Assembly: GCA_038821645.1 (NCBI GenBank) | Contig: JAWBDT010000003.1 | Coordinates: 42,016 to 106,015 of the forward strand | Origin: Ignisphaera sp. | GTDB lineage: Archaea > Thermoproteota > Thermoprotei_A > Sulfolobales > Ignisphaeraceae | Direction: 5' to 3' | Length of the DNA stretch: 64,000 bases | Shown: positions 20,583-29,150 of the stretch, in pieces | Layout of the letters: every line of letters starts with the position of its first letter | Numbering within the stretch: position 1 is the first letter of the stretch | Translations under genes and position numbers: made by a program | The notes under the pieces: model-generated | Database searches by the model: none | What the model was told of the DNA's origin: nothing | What the model saw: only the letters and a program-made list of their open reading frames with translations

Positions 20583-21242
20583 ATGGTTGAGGAGTTGAAC
20601 ATAAGTTCAAGAGAATCTACAACTAACGTTAAAATCAGTAGTTCTAGTGTTTCGAAAAGAAACGTAATTATTGGTATGACTAAGCTATACACAACAATAC
20701 CTCTTGATCGAGTAGGTGTTGTTATAGGTAAGAATGGAGAAACCATTAAGAAGATAATGGAGGCTACAAAAACTAAAATAACTATTGATGAAACTAATGG
20801 TGTAGCCGTAATAGAGCCCGCATCACCTCATACAACACCTTACGACCTTATGAAGGCTCAAGACATTATAAAAGCTATAGGCTATGGATTTTCTCCAGAT
20901 AAAGCGTTTAAGCTACTTGATGAAGATAGTGTCCTTATAGTTATAGATCTTACACAATACGTCAAAGATTCTGAAAACCATTTAACAAGAGTTAAAGGTA
21001 GGATAATAGGTGAAGAAGGTAAAGCACGAAAGAATATAGAGGAAATGACCGATACGTATATATCTGTTTATGGAGAAACAGTATCAATTATAGGAAGCTA
21101 TGAAAATGCCAATATTGCACGTGAAGCTATAATGATGCTTATTGAGGGTAGACAACATTCAACAGTATACAGACACATAGATAGACTTATGAAACAAATC
21201 AGAAGAATGCGTGCAACAAGTATGTGGATAAAAGAACCCTGA
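20583..21242 (+). CDS. KH-domain pre-rRNA processing protein (Dim2/Pno1/Krr1-like)
   Basis: GVVIGKNG and KGRIIGEEGK KH motifs, GRQHSTVY. Start at ATG 20583. Confidence 0.88.
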   Translation: MVEELNISSRESTTNVKISSSSVSKRNVIIGMTKLYTTIPLDRVGVVIGKNGETIKKIMEATKTKITIDETNGVAVIEPASPHTTPYDLMKAQDIIKAIGYGFSPDKAFKLLDEDSVLIVIDLTQYVKDSENHLTRVKGRIIGEEGKARKNIEEMTDTYISVYGETVSIIGSYENANIAREAIMMLIEGRQHSTVYRHIDRLMKQIRRMRATSMWIKEP

Positions 21243-21357
21243 TTGTTGTTTCCATTTGTAGATAGTTAAATCCTCATCATAATTATTCATCTATAGTGCT
21301 ATAAACCTTTAAAACCTCTAAAAATATACAGAGTTCTGTGTATTGATGATAGCTAGC

Positions 21358-21513
21358 GGGCCCGTAGCTCAGCTAGGTAGAGCGGCGGACCATGTAGAAA
21401 GGCCGAAGCTCCAGCAGCTACGGGTCTTATGACCGTATGGGATGAAATAATGCTGGAGCGTTGAAGAGATTGGAGAGACCCGTAGGTCGGGGGTTCGAAT
21501 CCCCCCGGGCCCA
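21358..21513 (+). tRNA. tRNA-Trp(CCA) with two introns (30/31: 21389-21407; 37/38: 21415-21477); CCA end not encoded
   Basis: Acceptor GGGCCCG/CGGGCCC, D stem GCTC/GAGC, anticodon stem GCGG+G/CCCGT, anticodon CCA 21411-13, T arm GGGGG-TTCGAAT-CCCCC. Both introns form BHB motifs. Confidence 0.93.
21415..21477 (+). ncRNA. Intron-encoded box C/D guide RNA for tRNA-Trp C34 and C39
   Basis: CTACGGGTCT-T-ATGA (D') and GGGATGA (C')...TGCTGGAGC-G-TTGA (D). The N+5 rule gives C39 and C34. Confidence 0.8.
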
Positions 21514-21537
21514 CTACATATATACTGTATCATTACA

Positions 21538-22197
21538 TTACGATATATGTTTGATAGATGCTTCAATGATTTTCTTTATCCTTTCTTCTATATATGGATG
21601 AGATCTAAATATACTTGTAAGGCTTTTTCTAGATGGTCTTGCTTCAAATATTTTCAATTTTTTAAGCATATCTATATACACAACAGGATTTCTAGAAGCT
21701 TCTACTGCTATAAGATCTGCTTCAAACTCAAATCTTCTTGTCAGATATCTAGCAATAGATAGCATAATAATGTATGCAGTACAGATCATTAGCGCTAATA
21801 ACGATATTGAAATTAGCTCGTTATCGATCTCTAGAAATATTAGGGATGTAGGTAACATCGTTAGTATTAATATTAGTAATGATATTGTTAGTAACTTGGT
21901 TTGGTGTTTCTGCTTACAGTGCGCATATTCGTGAAGGAATATTGCTTTAAGTTCTTCAATATTCATTAATTCTAATAAAGTTTCTGTTAATACAATAGTT
22001 CTACATCTAAATCCTACAACAGCTGCATTGACTAGAGGAAATTTATCAGAAATTTTGATTTTATTGAAAGGTCTAACATTTAGGGCAGAGGCTGCCTCTA
22101 GTGATATGTTTTTCAATATTGGATTATTTACCTCGTATGAGTAGAGCCACCAAATCCTTAGTAACATCTTTTCGATACTGTTCATAAGCCTCTTCAT
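21538..22197 (-). CDS. M48/HtpX-like membrane zinc metallopeptidase
   Basis: VNAA, HEYAH, EFEADL, SHPYIEERI. Confidence 0.85.
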   Translation of the reverse strand: MKRLMNSIEKMLLRIWWLYSYEVNNPILKNISLEAASALNVRPFNKIKISDKFPLVNAAVVGFRCRTIVLTETLLELMNIEELKAIFLHEYAHCKQKHQTKLLTISLLILILTMLPTSLIFLEIDNELISISLLALMICTAYIIMLSIARYLTRRFEFEADLIAVEASRNPVVYIDMLKKLKIFEARPSRKSLTSIFRSHPYIEERIKKIIEASIKHIS

Positions 22198-22360
22198 TTA
22201 ACCATCATATTCAGCTTAATACACATCTATATAATAAAGCTTAAAGCCTATTCAGTACTAAAGATTGTGCATAGTGTGAATATCTTAGATAAAATAATTT
22301 GTCCACGATACACTACGATCATCTATAACGATAAGATAATATTGATGAAGTGATGTAACT

Positions 22361-23065
22361 ATGAGAAAGATATTTATTAGAAGGTACTTAATGGTTAAAG
22401 GACGTTTTGCTCGACTAATTCTTGAAGGCGTTAAAACTACAACGACTAGATTAGGCAAGGTTATACCTAGGCTTAGGACTGTTATAATACATAGCGATGG
22501 TAAACCTATAGCTGAAGCCCTGATAAAGAATGTTACGTATAAGAAGGTATGTGAACTTACAGATGAGGATGCTAAACGTGATGGCTATAATTCTGTTGAA
22601 GAACTTCTTAATGATCTAAGAAATATCTATGGACGTGATATACATCAAGAGGATGTGGTATCCATAATAGAGTTTGAGATTACCAAGAAGTTTAGCGATA
22701 TAAATCCTAAGGATATTTATCTGGGTTTTTCTCCCCACACTATAGCTATTTTAGCTAATAGATATCTAAAGGACGTTCTCGATGAAGAAGAGAAAAGAAT
22801 TGTAGAGTACATCCTTAGATATAGAAGCATTAGAACAACAGCACTCAAACTATTTGGATCTCTTGAGAAGAGATGGATTATAAGAAAGACTCTAAGGAAA
22901 CTATTAGCTAAACTACTAGACAGAAAGGTGATAAATGTTGACGATAATACTATCGAGAAGCTAGCAGAAATATCGACATTTTGGAGGAGATATCTCATGG
23001 AAAAGAAAAACAGATATAGCTTTGAACAGAATAGTGGTTTTGGTGGAAGTAATGACTCAAAGTAA
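22361..23065 (+). CDS. ASCH-domain protein with C-terminal helical (HTH-like) extension
   Basis: ILEGVKTTTTR and ELTDEDAKRDGY..VEELL ASCH motifs. Confidence 0.8.
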   Translation: MRKIFIRRYLMVKGRFARLILEGVKTTTTRLGKVIPRLRTVIIHSDGKPIAEALIKNVTYKKVCELTDEDAKRDGYNSVEELLNDLRNIYGRDIHQEDVVSIIEFEITKKFSDINPKDIYLGFSPHTIAILANRYLKDVLDEEEKRIVEYILRYRSIRTTALKLFGSLEKRWIIRKTLRKLLAKLLDRKVINVDDNTIEKLAEISTFWRRYLMEKKNRYSFEQNSGFGGSNDSK

Positions 23066-23134
23066 AGAAAAAGATGAAAAACCTAAGAAAAAATCCAGGA
23101 AATCTAGTACTCCTCGAGATACATTCTGTTAGCA

Positions 23135-24196
23135 TTAGCCGCTATCTGACACTAGATTAACTACGTTGCCCTGTTTACCTACAACTATATCAAAAATCAT
23201 TTCTGTAGCTGCCTGAAGATTATAACATATTAATTGTAGTCTTTCGAAGAATGCTTTTGCATTAAGGTAGTCATCTATAGACTTGTATTTGGGTATGACA
23301 TCCATCTCCATTCGGGCTATAAATTTTGAAGATTCTTGAGCTAAGTCTATCGCTCTACTAGCAACATATACATTGTTCTTTGTCATTGTATCCAGCATTA
23401 TGTCTAATAGGTACTGTATATGCATATTGAGTTCATCGAGTTTATCCTCGATAAACATCTTCACTACGTTCATTAAATGTGGTTTATCTATGAATATCGA
23501 TGATGCTTGTGTTAAAGCGTCTCCTACATCCTCTAACGCTTTTATCAACGCTCTATATTCTGTAATGAAAGGTGTTGATCCTAACAAGCTCAACACATAT
23601 ACATATCTTATGGCTAATGCATAAACACGATCCATCTCTACCTCTAGTTCCGCTATTTCCTTCAAATGATCCACACTACTATTCTTTATCGAGAGTGTTA
23701 GGAAGTTGAACATATTCTTTAGTGTAGATATTACTCTAGAGACAAGTGCATCAAGACTGTATCTATTTATATCAACAAATATCTGTATAGCTACTCTTCC
23801 AGGTGTTTGATCAACTATTTCAGAGCCTATCAGTAATCTAACAAGAGATCTTATAGCCTGCATATGAGATGGCGAAAGTATTCCTTCATTACTCTCTACA
23901 ATAATTCTATCGTATCCAGCTATATATGATGCATAAAGAGATCTTAGAAGAATATCTTCAGGAGTTGTTTGAGAAACAATAAGTCTGACCTCCTTACCTT
24001 TAGCCTTCTGTTCGAGAATACTCTGCGGAATTATAACAAGAGAACCATCTTCTTTAGATTCAAGTCTAACCATATCTGAAGGCTTGAGATTCACAAATTT
24101 AACCCATTCAGCTGGAAGAGATATCATTAGCGTTGATTTTCCAAACTTTTGAACCCTTCTTGTTTCAACAATTTTAGTAGTGTTCATACAGCCCAA
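23135..24196 (-). CDS. AbrB-PhoU fusion regulator (phosphate-uptake regulator family)
   Basis: RRVQKFGKSTLMISLPAEWV AbrB domain; ELEVEMDR and LEDVGD PhoU repeats. Confidence 0.82.
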   Translation of the reverse strand: MGCMNTTKIVETRRVQKFGKSTLMISLPAEWVKFVNLKPSDMVRLESKEDGSLVIIPQSILEQKAKGKEVRLIVSQTTPEDILLRSLYASYIAGYDRIIVESNEGILSPSHMQAIRSLVRLLIGSEIVDQTPGRVAIQIFVDINRYSLDALVSRVISTLKNMFNFLTLSIKNSSVDHLKEIAELEVEMDRVYALAIRYVYVLSLLGSTPFITEYRALIKALEDVGDALTQASSIFIDKPHLMNVVKMFIEDKLDELNMHIQYLLDIMLDTMTKNNVYVASRAIDLAQESSKFIARMEMDVIPKYKSIDDYLNAKAFFERLQLICYNLQAATEMIFDIVVGKQGNVVNLVSDSG

Positions 24197-24311
24197 TACC
24201 TATAGTTACTCTAAGTTATTAAGGTTTAAAAATGTTAATAGTTTATATGAAGCTTCACACATTTTTTAACATATTCAGAAGAAAGTAGAGACTATAAAGA
24301 GATGTTAAACT

Positions 24312-24539
24312 CTAGCCATGTCTCATTACATTTGGTATAGAGAACCCTATGATAGATCCTTTTTTTAATTGAACTATAACTCCATTTTCAAGTAGCACAA
24401 CTTCATCAGCTTCTTCATCAGATAAGGTTATATGTAAAGTATCTGTAGCTCCATCGTACACTATAAATGCTTGTCCTAATTTATCTAGATCTATAGACAC
24501 CTTTCTCTCATTTAAATCTGTAGACATCCTCTCATCCAT
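24312..24539 (-). CDS. Small DUF2283-like protein
   Basis: YDGATDTLHI...IIGFSI pattern. Confidence 0.55.
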   Translation of the reverse strand: MDERMSTDLNERKVSIDLDKLGQAFIVYDGATDTLHITLSDEEADEVVLLENGVIVQLKKGSIIGFSIPNVMRHG

Positions 24540-25523
24540 CTATATCACCACAATACCTTCTTTAACGATAATAAGTTTAGGTAAATATATAAGTTTCCTC
24601 AACACAACATTAATTACTAAAGCCATACCGCTGTCTAAAGTACAATCACCATATAGAAAATCCGATAAAGAGGGATATTCACATACTTCTGTACCTACAC
24701 CACAAACATCTATGTATACGTTCTTTCCACTATACATATCTAGTCTAGACACAATATTTCTATAGACATCACTACACTTACTTCCTGTAATAACATTTTT
24801 GAGCAATTTCTCCAAAATATCATCAGTAATCTCTATGATTCTTTTGACATCTTCACTTAGTGGTATGGATACCTTAAAGCTCAATCTATATATACCTTTC
24901 TTTATGTATGTATAGATCGAAACAAAATCTTTAGAAATAGCTAAAGGTTCGATATAGATTGCGTTAACAATTTTTGCTACATGTTTAAAATATTCTTCGA
25001 TTATATTATGGTTTTGAAGCTCTCGTAATTCTCTCAAAATCTTTAGGATGAATCTAAATATCTCAGCTATGTTCTCTAGATCTTCGTAACTTTTTTTAGC
25101 TCTTATAGAAATTAGTGATTTAGTTATATCCTTTATTTTCCAATACTTGTGAAGTATTTGAGCTAGAGCTGAATCAATGTATCTAAACGGTACACCTATT
25201 TCTGTATTAGGTTCTATAAAAGACTTCAAGAAACCTATCAATATCTCCTCAAAGTTTCTACCTATTACGTAACCTTCTCTCTCACGTAAATCAAATGAAT
25301 AGTATACAATACTACACTTACCCTGAAGAGATATAGGAAGCTTCTCTTTAGCATCAATAGGGACAAGCATTTTACATTCATCAGTAGTTCGTCTATATGC
25401 AATTACTATGTTGTCTCGATCTATATCAACTCTAGCTATAAAGCATACATTTGGTGTACCTATAATCATTATGGAGTCAGAATTTGTAGCGTTAGCTAAA
25501 GATTTTAGTAACTCTATATTCAC
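24540..25523 (-). CDS. Degenerate M24 (Xaa-Pro peptidase-fold) protein
   Basis: IRAKKSYEDLE linker; CGVGTEVCEYP in place of HGVGLEVHExP; metal ligands not found. Confidence 0.6.
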   Translation of the reverse strand: MNIELLKSLANATNSDSIMIIGTPNVCFIARVDIDRDNIVIAYRRTTDECKMLVPIDAKEKLPISLQGKCSIVYYSFDLREREGYVIGRNFEEILIGFLKSFIEPNTEIGVPFRYIDSALAQILHKYWKIKDITKSLISIRAKKSYEDLENIAEIFRFILKILRELRELQNHNIIEEYFKHVAKIVNAIYIEPLAISKDFVSIYTYIKKGIYRLSFKVSIPLSEDVKRIIEITDDILEKLLKNVITGSKCSDVYRNIVSRLDMYSGKNVYIDVCGVGTEVCEYPSLSDFLYGDCTLDSGMALVINVVLRKLIYLPKLIIVKEGIVVI

Positions 25524-25675
25524 ACTAACACCTAAAGTCCATAGCTACTGAAAGATACATAAATTGTTTGCCTCATAATTTATTCAATTCCTCTAATTAT
25601 TGAATCTCTCCCAGCATGTATACTTATAAACTTTCAGAACAAAAAGAGGTCAACCAAATCTTCGGTTCGATTTGA

Positions 25676-26101
25676 ATGTCCGAAAAAATAAAGATAATAA
25701 ACCTTAAACCAGGAATGGAAAACGTAAATGTTGAAGTAAGAGTTCTGGAAAATCTTGGTGTAAGAACAATCAATACAAAAGCTGGTGTAAGAACTCTTGG
25801 AGAATATATTGTTGGTGACGAAAGTGGTAGAGTGAAGCTAGTCTTATGGGGGGCGAAAGCAGCAACGCTTACTTCCGGAGATACTGTGTTTATAAAGAAT
25901 GCCTGGGTAACGTCATTCAAAGGAGAAGTACAACTTAATGCTGGTAAGAACAGTAGTATAGATAAGGTTCCGGATGAGAATCTTCCTCCAGTAGAATCTA
26001 TACCTGAAGATACGCCTAAATCTTCTGAAGGTTATCAGTCTGAAAGAAGATCTTTTAGAAGAGGAGAAGGAAGAGGACGTAGTGGTAGAAGGTTTAGGTG
26101 A
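25676..26101 (+). CDS. ssb: Crenarchaeal single-stranded DNA-binding protein
   Basis: LKPGMENVNV, VGDESGRVKLVLWG, NAWVTSFKGEVQLNAG; Arg/Gly-rich tail. Confidence 0.9.
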   Translation: MSEKIKIINLKPGMENVNVEVRVLENLGVRTINTKAGVRTLGEYIVGDESGRVKLVLWGAKAATLTSGDTVFIKNAWVTSFKGEVQLNAGKNSSIDKVPDENLPPVESIPEDTPKSSEGYQSERRSFRRGEGRGRSGRRFR

Positions 26102-26108
26102 ATAGATC

Positions 26109-26396
26109 ATGAGTAAGGAATCAAAACCTAGATGGAATGAAATGTATAGAAAGAAAGGTGTTGAAGTGGGAGTAGATAAAGATGAATTTATAGTTGCTGT
26201 AAATGAAGAGAAAGCATATGCATTAGCGCCTATCGTGTACTACATATGGTCACATTGTGATGGAGAAACAAGTATTGGTCACATAGTTGAAGATATAATG
26301 TCTAATGTTGAAGGACTAGATATAGATACTGTATACAACGCTGTTATAGATATCGTGGATAGACTTGTTGAAGCTGAACTACTAGAGAAGGTATAG
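26109..26396 (+). CDS. PqqD-family (RRE-like winged-helix) protein
   Basis: YALAP..YYIWSHCDGETSIGHIV...VDRLVEAELL; 7 bp after ssb. Confidence 0.7.
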   Translation: MSKESKPRWNEMYRKKGVEVGVDKDEFIVAVNEEKAYALAPIVYYIWSHCDGETSIGHIVEDIMSNVEGLDIDTVYNAVIDIVDRLVEAELLEKV

Positions 26397-26539
26397 ACAT
26401 AAACTCAAACCCTTCACATATATAAACTCTCTTTTGTTTTTTATTCGATACTGATGTTCTATATGAGTTATCAACAGCTTATAGCTTTAGTATATCTTCA
26501 TCAATCCAGTAACTTAATTGCTAGAGGTGAGACTATACC

Positions 26540-28270
26540 ATGGTTAACATTAGCAATATATATAATTCTCTAGAGTCTTTCTACTCTAAACAAGAACTCA
26601 TATGGATGATCTCATCTATATCTAGATTTCATCGAATCCAGGGAAGTAGCGAACTTGAAAAAGCTGTAGACTATATAGCTGAAAATCTTCTTGATCTAGA
26701 GAACTTTGAGATAAAGACATATAGATTCAGTTATGGCGAACGTTACGGTATTCATTACGATATTGTTGGATGGGATGTAGAAGACGGATTTGTGTCCATA
26801 GTCAAACCAAAACACAAAATATTAAGTAGATTTCTATCATCTAAAACAGCTGTAGTTGCTCATAGCCCTAAAGGTGATGTAGAAGCAGAAGTTGTTTATG
26901 TAGCTGATGGTCTTGATATCAATAGGTATAGAGATGTTGATGATAAGATAGTCTTAAGTTATGGATCTCCATATATAGTTTATAGAACTGGTTGTAGATT
27001 TGGAGCTTCTGGATTCATATTTTTTAAGAGAGATGCTTATGAAGAAGCTGTACCATACATAGGACTCTTTCTGTCTAGAGAAGACACAAAAACATGTAAA
27101 GCACCAGCTGTATCGATATCTAGACATGCCGCTATACATATTATTAACAGTATAGAGAAGGGACATAAGGTTGTTGCAAGAATATATGTAGAATCTAGCT
27201 TTAGAGCAGAAGCCTATATACCAGTACTTGAGCTATCGCTAGGTGATGGAGAAAGAGAAATTCATGCATATGCACATATATGTCATCCTGCTGGGACAGT
27301 TAACGATAATGTTAGCGGCGTAGTAGCACTTATAGAGCTTGCTAAAGCAATTGATAAAGCACTCAATAAAGATAGGATTAGCTATCCGAGGTATAGAAAA
27401 ATAATGTTTGTTCTATTCCCTGAATACTATGGTCCACTTCCATATCTACTTGAAAAAACAAAATTCAGCGATATAGAATTTAGCATAAATCTCGATATGA
27501 TTGGAGAAAGACAATGGATAACAAACTCTACGCTTCATTTCATATCTCCTCCCACCATTTTATCAAACAAACTATACGAAGGATTGATACTAAAGCTACT
27601 AAACTATAGTCTCTGTAAAGTCTCGACATTCTCGTCATCTATAAAGACACTATCATATAGATTTGATGTGGTACCTTACGATAGTGGAAGTGATCATGAT
27701 GTTTATCTTCAGTTCCAAATACCATCAGTAATGATTAATCAGTGGCCTGATACCTACTATCATACGGATATGGATGCTATAGATAAATTTGATCCAGAGA
27801 TAACATCATATATATCGATAGCCATAGGTGTAGCCATATATACACAATCTTTAAATCAGTTAAGTGAATCTACAAAAAAGGATATTGAAGATATGTATAC
27901 ACATATTATCGAAGGTTATAGAGAATTAAGAAAAGAGAAAGAAGATACTATTTTCAAGAAAGCTGAAGACATTGAAGACACAGCTATCTATAGATATGTA
28001 GCACCTAAAGGCATCATCTCTGTGAGACATCTATACAACTACATAGGTTTTGAAGATGTGTTAAACATAATGAGCGATCTAGAGAACAAGTTTATGTATC
28101 ATCTGTTCTCTAGATACATACCATTGATTCTTTTAGTAAGACCCATGAATATCTATGAGATTGCTAGACACATAGAGCAAGATTATGGAAAATCAATAGC
28201 ATTTAAAGATATTAAAAAGATACTCAATTATCTATACAGAATGGGTATTATAGTGAAAGACCAAGGGTAG
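26540..28270 (+). CDS. DUF4910 / M28-like aminopeptidase with PA domain
   Basis: HICHP..NDNVSG, PEYYG, NLDMIG, GSDHD, YYHTDMD. Confidence 0.8.
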   Translation: MVNISNIYNSLESFYSKQELIWMISSISRFHRIQGSSELEKAVDYIAENLLDLENFEIKTYRFSYGERYGIHYDIVGWDVEDGFVSIVKPKHKILSRFLSSKTAVVAHSPKGDVEAEVVYVADGLDINRYRDVDDKIVLSYGSPYIVYRTGCRFGASGFIFFKRDAYEEAVPYIGLFLSREDTKTCKAPAVSISRHAAIHIINSIEKGHKVVARIYVESSFRAEAYIPVLELSLGDGEREIHAYAHICHPAGTVNDNVSGVVALIELAKAIDKALNKDRISYPRYRKIMFVLFPEYYGPLPYLLEKTKFSDIEFSINLDMIGERQWITNSTLHFISPPTILSNKLYEGLILKLLNYSLCKVSTFSSSIKTLSYRFDVVPYDSGSDHDVYLQFQIPSVMINQWPDTYYHTDMDAIDKFDPEITSYISIAIGVAIYTQSLNQLSESTKKDIEDMYTHIIEGYRELRKEKEDTIFKKAEDIEDTAIYRYVAPKGIISVRHLYNYIGFEDVLNIMSDLENKFMYHLFSRYIPLILLVRPMNIYEIARHIEQDYGKSIAFKDIKKILNYLYRMGIIVKDQG

Positions 28271-28272
28271 CT

Positions 28273-29088
28273 CTATACATTATCTCCTCTAATCACTTCA
28301 TCACTCTTAAACACTCCACACACAGGGCATCGTACATTTCTTTTGATTTCTATAGTTCTAAATTCCATATAGAGAAGATCCACTATGAGAAGCTTGTTTA
28401 ATAATGAAGGACCTATACCGAGAAGATATTTTATTGCTTCAGCTGCCTCGATTACGCCGAGGATCCCTGGCGTCACACCTATAACCGGTATCTTCTTCTT
28501 AGGCAAGGGTTTAGGTATTATACATGATAGACACGGGGTTCTATTCGGTATGACTGTTGTGGCTTGACCATACCAACCAATTATACCAGCATGAACAAGA
28601 GGTTTCTTTAGCTCAACACATAATTTGTTTAATATATATCTAGTTTCCCAATTATCGACAGCATCAATCACTATATCAACATCTTTGACTATTTCTCTAC
28701 CATTAGATTCACTAAATTCTTCATCTTTGCATAATACATCAATTGTGCTGTTTAATCTCATGATTTTCTCGCATACAACATCAGCTTTCTTTCTACCTAT
28801 ATCTTTTTCAGTATATAGTATTTGTCTATTTAGGTCTGAAATCGATACGATATCTCTATCAACAACGTATATTCTACCTACACCAGCAGCAGCTAAATAA
28901 AGTATAGCTGGAGAACCCAGTCCACCAGCACCTACTACAGCTACACTAGAGTTGGATAGCCTTTTCTGGCCTTCGAGACCAAAAATCATGATTTGGCGAT
29001 CGTATCTCTCGTAAACATCCATTGGTTTCACATCAGGATCCTGTTTTACTATCCTATTAAGCATCAGATATATAACTCTATTTATCAT
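28273..29088 (-). CDS. ThiF/MoeB/UbaA E1-like adenylyltransferase
   Basis: RYDRQ, GAGGLG, SDLNRQ, DAVDN, CxxC pairs. Confidence 0.9.
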   Translation of the reverse strand: MINRVIYLMLNRIVKQDPDVKPMDVYERYDRQIMIFGLEGQKRLSNSSVAVVGAGGLGSPAILYLAAAGVGRIYVVDRDIVSISDLNRQILYTEKDIGRKKADVVCEKIMRLNSTIDVLCKDEEFSESNGREIVKDVDIVIDAVDNWETRYILNKLCVELKKPLVHAGIIGWYGQATTVIPNRTPCLSCIIPKPLPKKKIPVIGVTPGILGVIEAAEAIKYLLGIGPSLLNKLLIVDLLYMEFRTIEIKRNVRCPVCGVFKSDEVIRGDNV

Positions 29089-29150
29089 GTATCTTATGCA
29101 TTAAGCTTATATTGTATTTATTCCTCTATTTATCTTGAATGTGAATAGCT

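Noticed and set aside
21389-21400. CAT just after the D arm suggesting tRNA-Met
   Set aside because: It lies inside the 30/31 intron; only the CCA reading gives a paired anticodon stem and valid BHBs.
21369-21566. 65-aa minus-strand ORF
   Set aside because: It is the antisense of the tRNA-Trp gene.
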